From NCBI GenBank assembly GCA_025594325.1, contig JANHCV010000007.1:1426001-1490000 (forward strand): a DNA stretch of 64,000 nt, in the 5' to 3' direction. Positions 37,329 through 48,057 of the stretch are shown here, one piece after another (positions within the stretch are counted from its first letter, which is position 1; each line of letters opens with the position of its first letter). This DNA comes from Blastocladiella emersonii ATCC 22665 (lineage: Eukaryota; Fungi; Blastocladiomycota). The notes beneath the pieces were generated by a model. It did no database searches. It was not told where the DNA came from and saw nothing but the letters and a program-made list of their open reading frames with translations. The position numbers and the translations under genes are program-made.

Positions 37329-37487
37329 GGGCGGACGGCGGGTCTATTGATGAAATACAAAGGTGCTTGCACAACTCGAGGTTCCTTTTCACCATCAGGG
37401 CGCCGTAAACTCGCACTCATCGGGGCGATGTACACTCGCTCGGCCAGGTCATCGTGAAACGCCATTTCGGCGCTGGAACCAGGCTAG

Positions 37488-37580
37488 CCGATTGGAGCTC
37501 GCAGGAGACCCGATTGGACCTGCAACCTGACCCGACTGGGCCTGGCTATACCCGACCGCGCCTGAGGTGACCCGATTCCT
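37488..37580 (+). repeat. Array of five degenerate 20-22-nt repeats, core CCCGATTGGACCTG
   Basis: Cores begin at 37488, 37510, 37532, 37552, 37572 (CCGATTGG, CCGATTGG, CCGACTGG, CCGACCGC, CCGATT). Confidence 0.75.
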
Positions 37581-37869
37581 CATGGAAATAAATTAAATGG
37601 GGTCAGCCTCGGACTCGAAGACTTAGACACGTAAATCGATGAGCTCAAATTCCACCTCAAGAATTAAATGATGGATTCGCGGCCCGAAACGCTCGATCAA
37701 GGAGGAAAGTGCTCCCTGAAAGGGAGCGCTATCTGAGGAGAGACGGTGTAATAATGAGGAGAAGCGAACGAGCTCGAGATATATACAGGTACGCCAGCGC
37801 AAGAATTCTGAAATCATAGCGAACTGCAGCCGCGGAACAGAATGAACGCGTGCGAGTCCGCTTTGTGTA

Positions 37870-39023
37870 GTGCGGGCCGAGTATCAGGTTGAGGACGGCG
37901 ACGATTGAGCTGATGTTGATGATTGCGCGGCCGCGCGCGGGGTTGGAGTTGACTCGCCCATCCGCATGCGCACGACGACGCCCGTCTCGCTGCAGCGGCG
38001 GTCGACCACGAGCGTGTCAGATCACGGCGAGCTCGCGCGCGCGACCGCCATCGTACCGGCACTTGACAAACTGCACCAGGTGGCCGATGCGGTGGGGATT
38101 CCGGCCGTCGTCGGTCACGGTCGTGCAGAGCACGCCATTGCGGGCCACGCGACCGTGTTACGACTTCTGCCGCGCGTGCGCGACCTGCTCGATCGGGCGC
38201 CAAAGCAGCGCCGCCCACGTCATGGCGATCTTGGCCTGCTTGATGACGCCCATGGTCACGTCGGGCAAAAAGTCGCGGTCGCCGTCGCGCGCTGTAGCCG
38301 CGGAGCCACACACGAGGAGAAACGGACAGCGACGAGATCGGGACGAGGCGGTGGTCGACGCGGCGCGCGCGAGGCGAGCACGTGCGAGTACACGTGGAAG
38401 ATGGACGTGAGCAGGTCGGGGCGGAACACGGCCAGGTCGACGAGCGCGTGGGCAGCGAGCGGCGAGGTCTGTCGCCCCACTCCCCGTCGCCGCCGCCGTC
38501 GTTCGTCGCGCCACCCGACTCGCCAGACCGCCGCCGCCACTGGCGGGCCTGCCGAAATACACGTCGGCCTCGGGCTGCACGATCTCGAAATGCTAGTTCA
38601 GCTGCGGAGTCTCGAGCCACTCGTGCGTGAGCACGGGCAGGCGGACGAGGGCCACGAAGTCGGCGAAGGCGCGCATGATGGCGAGGAGCGACTCGACGAC
38701 GGCGATGGTCTTCATGGTGCACAGGCCGACGGCGACCACGTTGACAAACACCGGGCAGATCGTGGCCTCGACGGTGATGGACTCGGACCGCGAGCGGCGA
38801 AAGGGCGAGGAGAAGGGCAGCGCCGGCGACGCGTAGTAGGTGAGCGTATGATGTTGTCGTGCTCGAGCCGCGGGTCCAGGTGCAGCTCGTCGCGGGACCC
38901 GAACGAGACCGTGACGGCGGCAGCGTGGTGCAGCGGGCGCGCCTACCCGGTCGCGAGCAAGCGGGCACGCAGGCCGAGCTCGAGCGAAGAGGTGGCGGCC
39001 GGCGGTAGTGGGTAAAGCTTCAT
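37870..39023 (-). pseudogene. Plavaka-type transposase, C-terminal half, with in-frame stops and frameshifts
   Basis: EATICPVFVNVV...LLAIMRAFADFVALVRLPVLT and DRDFLPDVTMGVIKQAKI resemble my recollection of Plavaka motifs (EH..ICRFLLG...LLRAVRGILDFVYLAQYP; KDEFPQMTLWLERKEKI). The C-terminal RIGHLVQFVK...ELAVI...IINISSIVAVLNLI resembles the BAH-like tail of these transposases. In-frame stops: TAG 38595-38593, TAA 38160-38158, TGA 38019-38017. Confidence 0.58.
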
Positions 39024-39310
39024 GGGGCGCCGGCAACAGCGAGCGGGGGAGAGAGTGAGGGCAGCCCGCTCCGGGACTTCGCGTTTTCTCGAGCGGTAGA
39101 GCAGCAGAGGCCCTGTCGACGGGTCACGTGGGCCCCGGTGACGTCGGCGCACCTGCGTTTCGCTCGCGCCGATCGACGCCACCGGCTCGCCCTCACTTGA
39201 GCGCCCGCCCGCCACCCCGCGCACTAGCTCTTCCACCCGCCCTCACGCAGCACGACGCCCTGGCGATCCACCACCCGACCACCACCCGATCCCTGCCCAT
39301 CTTCCTCACC

Positions 39311-40366
39311 ATGGCGGACAGTGTCGCGCGTCCGTGACGCTCCGTCTCCTCCCCGTCGCGCTCGCGCTCGCGGTCCTCAAGTTCCCGCCCGGCCTCGCCG
39401 GCATCACCACGCTCGGCCACCGCCTCAAGACCCTCGGCAACCATACGCTCGCTCTCCCCCACGGTTCTGGAAGCGTATGCGTCAGCCTGGCCGTCCTCGC
39501 GCTCCGTGAGCACCGCGCTGACAGCGCTGCATCGTCCCGACACCGTCTAGGCTTTGATCGCGACGCGGCTTCTGCCCTAACGTGTGCGACAAGACCACGC
39601 TCTCGGGGCGTCCCCAGCGTGACCCGCGGCATCGCCGCCCGCTCGTCCGGCTTTACACGTCGTCGACGTACGCGATACGCTTGCCCGCGGTGTCGCAACG
39701 CGTACTTCTCGACTGACCTCTCATCCCGCGACTGCTAGGCACCATGCTCCCGTGGTTCGAGCACTTTTAGTACCACGTCATCTTCGACACGGACGGCGAG
39801 TTCGTGCCCGCCGCCGCCGACGTCGAGCTGGTGGTGCGCGTCCTTTATGAGGTCTGCGCCGTAGTCGACCGCATCTTCCGCATCTCGCACGCGCATGCGC
39901 GCCCAAGGGCTACCACCACGACACGTCCGTGTTCTACTCGGGCCGCACTCCGTGCCACGAGGACCACGCCGGCCGCCGTGACAAGATGATCGAGGCCGCT
40001 GGCGACGGGTTATCTAGTCGTGGACCCGAAACCCCGAGATCGCGGTCGTGGAGAAGACGGCGACCTGCAAGAACAAGGTTGCGGCCGCCGAGTTCATGGC
40101 CAAGCTCAACAAGACCGTCCCCGTTCCGCCCTGCGGCTGCCCGCCCGACATCGAGTTCGAGACGCTGCGCGAGGCCGAGTTCCTCTCGCATGAGGTCGTC
40201 GTGTTCGACGCGAGAACGTCATGTTGCCAAGGTCGCGGGCCCCAGCGCGACGCCAAGTCGGAGGTCGCGGTCGCGGTCGTGGTCGCGGGCGCCCCTCAAG
40301 CGCACGCGCGAGCTGCGCGAGGAGTACGCGAATGGCCGGAGCAGGCGATCTGCGTTTGTTGGGTGA
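39311..40366 (+). pseudogene. Unidentified passenger ORF, multiply broken
   Basis: Blocks with host-like codon usage and apparent introns are interrupted by in-frame stops (TGA 39335, TGA 39555, TAG 39768) and frameshifts. Segments: SRRGFCPNVCDK, LPWFEHF*YHVIFDTDGEF, GYHHDTSVFYSGRTPCHEDH, CKNKVAAAEFMAKLNKTVPVPPCGCPPDIEF. Confidence 0.55.
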
Positions 40367-40471
40367 TGCATTGAATTCGAGTGTCTTTCTCTGATCAATT
40401 TCTCTTTCTTTTCGATTTGCTAGCTGTATTTCGAGGAGCTGATTTTTTGCAGCGTGAAAAACGCGCTTAGT

Positions 40472-40605
40472 GCAGGAAACCCGATTGGGTTGGTTGTGAG
40501 GCCGAGTTTCAATTGAACCTGGCGAGGTCCAATCGGGCCTCCGGGGTCCGATTGAACCTGCCCGTCCCGACTTGGATCAAGTTCCCAATTCACCTTTCCG
40601 ACTGT
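40472..40605. repeat. Second CCCGATTGG/CCGATTGAACCTG repeat cluster (mixed orientation)
   Basis: GCAGGAAACCCGATTGG (40472-40488) matches GCAGGAGACCCGATTGG (37501-37517) at 16/17. AGGTCCAATCGGG (40525-40537) is the exact reverse complement of 37509-37521. Further cores lie at about 40510, 40548 and 40566. Confidence 0.72.
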
Positions 40606-41003
40606 CCCCCCAGGCCGAGGCCTGTGCCCGGGCGGTGTCATCATGTGAGCGGAGCCGGGGGGAAAACCCGCACCGCATCGCACGGGGAATCGGCTCACGT
40701 GGTGGCGTTTCAGCCACACAGTGGGGGCGGTCGGAAAGGTCTATTGGGCGGCAGTGGTCCAGCCACCTCAACCACCCCATTCGGGTCAGCCAGAAATGCA
40801 CGATGGTGCCGATCCGGATCGCTTCAGGTCGCGTCGTTCAGCCGATCCGCCTCGCCCTTCAGCGATTGCTGACAAGCGCGAGGGTCGGGTATCGGCTCGG
40901 CCATACTAAATAGGTCGCGGCACACAGAACGAGTTTTTGTATATGCTTTCGGTATCCAGTGGGCCACAATCGGCGGCGGCGTCCGCCCTGCTCCGCCCAT
41001 CGC

Positions 41004-41747
41004 TCACCCGCGCGACAGGACCTCCTTGCCGTCGAGGAGCAGCTCCCGCTCCTCCTCCTTCTCCTCGCCATCGTCCTCGGCATCCGACGATGACCCAGAC
41101 GCGGACACGGACGCGTCGCCGGGGACCGTGCCGTCGCCAATCGACGACGCGAGCTTGGTCACGGCGCCCCACAGCAGCGCGTTGACGACGGCGAGGAACC
41201 ACACGTACACGTTACCCTCCTCGCCCATGGTGTACACGGCGAGCCCGAACAGCGTCGCGACCAGCACGCCGAACGCACCGTGCATCAGCCGCATCACGGG
41301 CGGCGGCGTCGTCGGCGTCGTCATGGCCGTCACCAGCGCGTCGAGCGTCTCGGGGATCTCGGGCGCGTCGTTAGCGTCGCGGGACTACGGGGCGGGCGGG
41401 GAGCGGGGGTTAGAGGCAGCGGAGCAGAAGGGGCACGGGCGGCGTACCTCGTCGTCGTCGTCGGCCGACGACTCGCGCGCGGATTCGGCGTCCTCGCTCG
41501 ACTCCTCCTCCTCCTTCTCCATCTCGCGCTCGCCGTCCGACTGGTCGTCGGTCCACTTGCTGTCGGCGCGCTTGAACTGGGACCGCTTGAACGACGTCGC
41601 GCCGCTACCCTTGACGGGGCTCGTGCCCAACGCTGACGCGCTCGCGGACCGCTTGGCGACGGCGTGGCGCACGCGGCGCTTGACCGTCTTGGACAGGCTC
41701 TTGGTCGCGTTGACCGTGGTGCTGGACGCGGATGCGAGGGCTTTCAT
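41004..41747 (-). CDS. PKR1: Pkr1-like V-ATPase assembly factor (ER, 2 TM) with charged N-terminal extension
   Basis: Exons 41747-41448 and 41384-41004 (phase 0). TAMTTPTTPPPVMRLMHGAFGVLVATLFGLAV...NVYVWFLAVVNALLWGAV matches the Pkr1 pattern (S.FTPG.TP...ATH..F..L...L...N.H...L...LW), followed by an acidic tail. Confidence 0.7.
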
Positions 41748-42012
41748 GCTGGCTGGCTAGACGGCGAGCGCGCGCGTCAGCCGCGGCGCTATTGCAGCAA
41801 GTTTCGACCAGCGGAGATACATTGTGCGTGTTGCGTGGGCGCGTGCGGGTGGGGGCGAGGGAGCGAACGTGCGCGGATGGGAAAGCGGGCCGCCGAACGC
41901 GCGCGCGGCGCCGAAACGCGGTCACGCGGTGGGTCACGCGATTTCCCGACGCGTCCGTCCACGTTCGAGTTCGTGCGAGGGCCTCGAGCACCCCCGCTTC
42001 GAGATCAGCGCG

Positions 42013-42621
42013 ATGAGTGGGAGAGCGGCCGGCGCCGATCTCGCGGGGGGACATGACGCTGCCCTGCACCTCTCCCACCGTGCAACACTGTTGTCCGGTC
42101 TGGTGGCAACGAGAACCTCGATTCGAGAGCGCGATTCGGCTGTGCCCGCTGCGAAGTTCTCGCAACCACGGACCGCTCCAAAACCAGCTGCGCGCGCGTT
42201 CGCTCTCGCTGACGAGGAGTTGCCGATCATCGAGCCCGCGTCGCTGCCGGCCGTCCAGTCGGTCATCAACACGGTCGCCGCTGTCCAGGCCTCCGTCGAC
42301 GCGTCGCCCATGTCGTTGACGACCAAGCTCGAGTTCTCGGCCAAGTCGGGCGCCAAGTGCCTCCCGGTGCTCTATCACTTTTTCACGCCCGCCACCGACG
42401 CGTGCGTCCTGGGCACCAACGCGACCACGTCGGCGGCCGCCAAGTCGCTGCGCGACGCGACGTTTGAAGTACTCATGGACGATGCGTTCGCTGCCTTCGC
42501 CCAGGAGGACGCGCTTGACGAGGAGGCACTCAATGACCGTCTCGCCGACTTTTCGGCGGCCGACCTCGCCGCGTTCGAGGACTCGCTAGACAAGGGCTTC
42601 AACTTTGACCACTACAACTGA
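42013..42621 (+). CDS. Hypothetical 202-aa protein with acidic C-terminus
   Basis: Host-like codon usage from ATG 42013, divergent from PKR1. No family recognised. Confidence 0.6.
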   Translation: MSGRAAGADLAGGHDAALHLSHRATLLSGLVATRTSIRERDSAVPAAKFSQPRTAPKPAARAFALADEELPIIEPASLPAVQSVINTVAAVQASVDASPMSLTTKLEFSAKSGAKCLPVLYHFFTPATDACVLGTNATTSAAAKSLRDATFEVLMDDAFAAFAQEDALDEEALNDRLADFSAADLAAFEDSLDKGFNFDHYN

Positions 42622-43216
42622 TCGTCGCGTGTCGCGTGTCGCGTGCGAGGTCTGCTGTTTTGAACAAATGAACCAGTTCTTCTTTAGTTTAGTCATTGTC
42701 TGGTCCTTTCGTTAGCCCAGTACTTGCATCGCGTCCAGCTCGAGAGCGACGTGGTCTTCCCCTTGATCAAGTTTCTCGACCAGCTCTTCGCGGCACCATG
42801 AGTGTCGTGGCACAATATCAAAGTTGTTGCTTTTCTTATCGGAGCTCAGCGAAGCGGCGTTCTCTCCAATCCCGAACTGTGTGCGCGGGTCAACGAGTGG
42901 ACCAAGGCTTCACCATAAATCTCGTTTTGCCTGAGCTCTCGGTGAGTTCCGTGCACAAGTCGCCGTGACGGCAGCGGGAAACGCGTCGCGTTTCAGGTCG
43001 GACGACTCATGCGTATGCCGTACTCGCCGTGCGAGACAACATCGCTTCGCTATCAAATCGTGTTCGACAGCGCTCGCGGCCACTCCCTCTTGCACTCTCG
43101 CATCAGTAAAGATCGTGATACAGCTCAATTCAAGTCTTTATTCACTGAAAGATACGGCCTGAGCGGCGATCGACGTGAAGTTTCTTACCAACGGACAGTG
43201 TATTCGATGCATGCAC

Positions 43217-44644
43217 TTACTCCTCGTCGTCCTCGAAGCTGGTGATCCCGCCGTTGCACGAGCCGTTGTTTCCGCCGCGGTTACCACCGTTGTTGTTGTC
43301 GCCATCGCGCTGGCCACGACCGTTGCCCTGGCCGGGCTGACCGGGCTGGCGACCGCCACCGTTGCCGGGCTGACCGGTGCCGTTGCCAGGCTGACGGCCA
43401 CCGCCGTTGGCGAGCGCGGGGTCCATGAACAGGAACTTGTTGGGCGTGCCGCGGAGGTTGCCGCGGACGACGTTCGGCGTCGCGTCGGCGAGGAGCTTCT
43501 GCTGCGCCTGCTGCGCGCTCATGCCAAGCGACCGCATCGCGGCCACAACGCCCGCGACGTGCGGCGTCGCCATCGACGTGCCCGACAGGACCTTGGCGCC
43601 GCCGCTCGCGGCATCAACTGACTGGATGTTGACGCCGGGCGCGACAATGTCGACGCAGCGGCCGACGTTCGAGAAGGACGCGATCTGGTCGTTGCGCGGG
43701 TCCGAGGCGCCGACCGTGATGGCCTCGGGGATGAAGGCCGGCGACACGCCGCACGCGTCCTGCGACTCGTTGCCCGCGGCCACGATCACGTTGACGCCCT
43801 GCTGGACGAGCGACTGGATCGCGCGCGCCATGGTGCTGTCGCCGTTGCCGCTCGCGCGCGGCCCACCGAGCGACATGGACACGACCGACGGCTTGCGCGT
43901 GCGCTGCACGTCCTGCGACACGGCCTGGAGCGCGCGCAGGATCGCCGTGTTGGAACCGCGGCCCGAACGGTCAAAGACCTTGAGCGCGACGAGCTCGGCC
44001 TTCTTGGCGACACCGAAGGTCGCGCCGCCGATGGTCCCCGCGCAGTGCGAGCCGTGGCCCTGCAGGTCGCTGTTGCCCTCGCCCGTGAAGTCCTGCAGGA
44101 AACGCGCGCGGCCCTGGAAATCCGGGTGGCGCGTGTTGATGCCCGTGTCGATGACGTAGACGGAGACGCCCTGGCCGGCGGTGTCGGGGAACGTGAACGA
44201 GCCGTCGGTGCCGCGGCGCGCGTCGATGCGGTCGAGACCCGCAGGCGCGTTGCGCTGCGCGCCCATGATCTTGTACTCGGCCTCCTTCTCAACGGCTGAG
44301 ACGGCGGCCAGCTTGGCGAGCTCAGCCTTGAGCTTCGGGTCGGCCGCCGGCATCGTCATCGCGCGGTACTTGTCGCCGATCTGGATCACCTCGGCCTGGT
44401 CGGCGGCGATCGACGACACGCCCTTGGACGCGTAGAAGTCAAGGATGAGCTTCTTCGCTGCGGCCATGTCGGCGTCGCTCTTGAACTCGATGATCCACTC
44501 GCCCGACGCCGCGGGGGCAGCGGACGCCGAGCCGAGGAGCGCGAAGGCGATCATCGCGACCAGCGCGAGGACCGACCAGCGGCGGGGAGCGAAGGTGCGG
44601 CGAACAGCCGAGGTGGAGGAGCGGGTGGCAGTGTTGCGGGGCAT
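43217..44644 (-). CDS. Secreted subtilisin-like serine protease (S8A, proteinase K type) with I9 propeptide and G/N/Q-rich tail
   Basis: Signal peptide, I9-like prodomain, and catalytic motifs VIDTG, QGHGSHCAG, VAAGN and SGTSMATPHVAG. No introns. Confidence 0.95.
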   Translation of the reverse strand: MPRNTATRSSTSAVRRTFAPRRWSVLALVAMIAFALLGSASAAPAASGEWIIEFKSDADMAAAKKLILDFYASKGVSSIAADQAEVIQIGDKYRAMTMPAADPKLKAELAKLAAVSAVEKEAEYKIMGAQRNAPAGLDRIDARRGTDGSFTFPDTAGQGVSVYVIDTGINTRHPDFQGRARFLQDFTGEGNSDLQGHGSHCAGTIGGATFGVAKKAELVALKVFDRSGRGSNTAILRALQAVSQDVQRTRKPSVVSMSLGGPRASGNGDSTMARAIQSLVQQGVNVIVAAGNESQDACGVSPAFIPEAITVGASDPRNDQIASFSNVGRCVDIVAPGVNIQSVDAASGGAKVLSGTSMATPHVAGVVAAMRSLGMSAQQAQQKLLADATPNVVRGNLRGTPNKFLFMDPALANGGGRQPGNGTGQPGNGGGRQPGQPGQGNGRGQRDGDNNNGGNRGGNNGSCNGGITSFEDDEE

Positions 44645-46180
44645 GGTGGTGGTGATGGTGGGGGTGATGGATTTAAGGGTGGTGTGGGTGGGAACGACCA
44701 GCGTCTACGTGGTTGTAGTTGTGATACTCGTCTAGAGTAGTTGAGGTGCTGAACCGAGTCGAGGGCAGCGGGCCTCCCCCCGGTATTTATTGTGTCCGAC
44801 CCCGACCCTGTGCCTCGAGACGTTGAGGCGAAAGCCGGCGGAGTGCGCTCGCCACGAATAGCCAGCGGCGACGGCCTGCGGGGGGAGAGGTGGCTGGGGC
44901 GGCGAACTCTTTACTCCGAGACGTGGCGCAACGCGAACAACCGTGCGCCACGTTCAGTACCACCGCGTGTGTAACCCAGTGGCGTCGCATGGGCGGCGGT
45001 CCCTGGCGGTTTCGAGAGGGCGAACGGCAAGCGAATCATGACCGCGAGCAGGTTTCGCCGGTTTCGCGAACCCTTCTCGTGTTGAGGGGTCGTCTAAGTT
45101 GGCCAATTTTGAACACTGCGATCTTGTTGAGGGGACGCGGCCTGTGCGGCGAAAACACGGGCCGCGTTGCGAGTATCGAGCACGCAGTCCTCAAACGCCT
45201 GGCGATGAGCCGGACGCGTGTAACACTTAAACCTGACGCCAAAACACAAACGAACAGTGTAACGAGCGGTACATGACTCTCGAATGCGATGGCAGAACGT
45301 GCAGATCGAAGCCTGTCAAGTCGAGAAGCGCGAAGGCGGGGGAGGCGCCACACACGTGTGTGGCGCGTCGCGTCCCCTCGGCCTGCGCGTTCAGCGTCTC
45401 GAGGAGATGTTCTGGCCGACCCCCTCAGATCTCTTCGTGCGGTATTCATGACCCGAATTGGAGCAGTCGTTTCCGCGCCTCTCACGTTTCTCCTTGCCGC
45501 GGCATCAAGGATCTTTGGAGAGTAGTCGCCTCAGGAGCGAGCGAGAAAATACTGTTCCCGATTGTCCTTACATCTTGGGCTGATGAATCTGGCTTCGACG
45601 GGCAGTCAATGATGCAGTATACGCGCTAGCGCAACACTGCACGGACGGAATGCCGATCGGGACCAGCACGCCGCCGTCGTAGTTGAGCGACGTGACGGCG
45701 ACCTGGTATCCGCACGGCACGGCGAGGTTGAAGCTGTGGCCTAACTCTACGCTCACAAAGTCCGATCCGCCGCCACACGCGTCGTGCGCGCAACCCGTGG
45801 TGGAAGAAGCGCAAGGCCTAGCGCGGCCGCTCCGTGAACGCGAAGGGACCGTTGAGACCGCCTATTGGCAAGACCCAGTCGTAGCGCCCGGGGCTCAGAC
45901 CAAGCGGCGCCGCAGAGCAATAAACAGCCGAGAGCGGGGGCCGTGTGAACTCCGAGGGCTGCCACCGCCGCACACAGCTCGGGTTAGCCCGCTGGGCGAG
46001 CTGCATCAGGTTGCATCCATGTAAGGCCACTAGGAGCATGCTTAACGCTTGCCGAGAGAGGGGGACGAGGTCAGAGCGGGGCCGGCTCGCGGGTTGACAC
46101 GTCACGTTTCAGGCCAAGTGGCGTCAGCTTCGTCTCTACGACCACGGCTCCCGCTGTCTTGATCTCCGCAGATCACAACC

Positions 46181-48057
46181 ATGGAGCACATACGACGCAT
46201 GAAACCTGATGCAATGCCGCCCTCGGAGCGTCCCGGCCACGTCCTGCCGACTGAGCTGTGGGAGCTCGTCATAAGCTTCATGTTGGACCGCGCCTCAGAC
46301 GAGCTCGACGACCCGTGGCGCTGGGAGCTATTCCGCCTTGGTAACCTATGCCACACGACCTACGTTCTCACTCGGCCGCGACTCTTCCGCCACCTCTTCC
46401 TCGGATTTCGCAGCGACTCGACCCAGCCTCCCTTTCCCGCATGGGATCCGACCGCGGACGCAGTTCCGTTCCCGAACCTGCGTGCCGTCCCCAAGTCGAA
46501 CACCGAGCTTTTCCAATGTGTCCAACGGATCTCCGAGGTCCCAGCAACGTACCCTTTCGTTGTATGCCACGGCCAGCTCTTCCTTGCGTCACTTGCCAGC
46601 GGACAAGGTTCACTCGAGCGCGTTCAGGCCGCCATCGCGTCGCTTTGGTCACAGTTCCTCGACGAGCTTTGCTGTAAACGCATGATATCCGCTTGTAAGG
46701 TCGCTTCCAACCTCGTTCTCATTCCGTACCCGCTCGCGCTCGTCTCCGCGCTCTCCATCATCGAAAATATCGGTTTGGACGATGAGGTATCCGCTAAAGT
46801 AGGCGGAACTAGCTGGCGCAAGCTGCCATTCCTCTTTGACCTCAACCCGAGTTCAATTCGCAAGCTCGAGGTGCGCTTCGAGTCCAACAACACCATCGCA
46901 CTCGCTGCTGCCCTCGTCCGTCGCTTCCCGATGGCGTCGACGTATCACTTTGCCAGCAACCGCGATTCGTCGGATGAAATTGTCCCGCTGGGTGCAACAA
47001 GCTTCGATTTTGAGCTGGAAAACCTCGCATCTGGCGCTGAACTAGTAAACAACGCCCTGCTGCTCACCGAGAGCCAGATCATTCGTATGCGCGAGGTCGG
47101 TCAGCGCATCTCGTTGGTAACGCGTTACAAGATCCTATCTCATCGTCTGCTTTCGAACAAGACATCGACGAAAGTTCCGACGAGCTCTCTGGAAGCGACA
47201 GGGAGAGCGACCGGTCCTTACAGTCCTCCCGCCGCACCGTGGGCTCGCGTTACCAAGCGTACCGCAAGACCCAGTCACTCATTCTACGCGGGAATTCGGT
47301 ACCTTGGGAGCTAGTTTGCGCAGCGCTTGTGCACCCGCACCTCGAACACTTTACCCTCCTTAGTATAGTTGATGACTCGGTCTCGGAAACATTGCTTATT
47401 CCATTCATGCCCAGTCTACGGCGGCTCGAGCTCACGTTTATTAGTTTCACAGACCTATTTGATCCCGACGTTATGGATGTCGATGCCACCACAACGTTTC
47501 CCGTACTCGAGACGCTTGTCGTCTACCATGACAGGTGGGCCACGAGCACGTGGAACGGCGTACCAGAGAACTTTGACATTGACGTACCAAGCACCTGGGG
47601 CACTTACGATTACGCAATCTTGGACTTTTGCAACTGGCCCCTGTTCCCAGCACTATGCGAACTGCGCGTCGTCCCCGAACACCGTGGACGGTGTGGCCAT
47701 GCCATGGTCGAAATGTGGAGCCTGCGCGCGATGTCCCGTCGGTCGCCCAACCTCCAAAGACTATTTCTCCCTTCAATCCACTGGCTGCCCAGCAGAACAG
47801 AAGACGAGGGGATGATTGCCTTCCCGGACTTGGTCGAGTTGGAGGTCATGGCATCCGTCTGCGACGCACTCAGCGAGACGACTCTCAAGGCGCTGCGCAA
47901 GCTCACGGTGCATGGTGCGCCAGAGGCGATCCCAGCTGACTTGTGGCCGAATCTCGAGGTCGTCTATATCAAGGCGGACGGCGTGAGCCAGCAGGTGCGA
48001 GCAAGCTTGTCGTCGCTTCAAAAGCTCAAGTCGGTCAAGGTGGACGCTCTTTTGTGA
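46181..48057 (+). pseudogene. F-box + LRR protein split over two overlapping ORFs (frameshift at about 47041-47160, or an unusual intron)
   Basis: F-box-like LPTELWELVISFM...LFRLGNLC. LRR-like LEHFTL, LRRLELTF, LETLVV, LCELRV, LQRLFL, LVELEV, LRKLTV. The sequence is visibly less GC-rich than its neighbours. No suitable intron was found at the frame change. Confidence 0.55.

Larger units (their letters stand above)
37488..40605. mobile_element. Decayed Plavaka/CACTA-like DNA transposon (ends not precisely defined)
   Basis: Symmetric layout: repeat array, AT-rich stretch, broken transposase-like ORF (-), broken second ORF (+), AT-rich stretch, repeat array. No clean TIR or TSD was found. Confidence 0.55.

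Noticed and set aside
37488-37580. CRISPR-like interpretation of the spaced repeats (also the 35-bp duplication at 8460)
   Set aside because: Eukaryotic context, degenerate cores, spacers too short, and no cas genes.
37880-37935. RAIINISSIVAV read as a short-chain dehydrogenase motif
   Set aside because: There is no Rossmann GxxxGxG or YxxxK in context. It fits better as the tail of the transposase-like ORF.
39335-39337. In-frame TGA as selenocysteine, readthrough or an alternative genetic code
   Set aside because: The same locus has TAG stops and frameshifts too, and normal genes in the window end in TGA, TAG and TAA, so pseudogene decay is the simpler explanation.
37414-40723. CACT...CAGTG as CACTA terminal inverted repeats
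   Set aside because: The candidate ends (CACTC at 37414/37433, CAGTG at 40719-40723) do not extend into a matching TIR, and no 3-bp TSD is evident.
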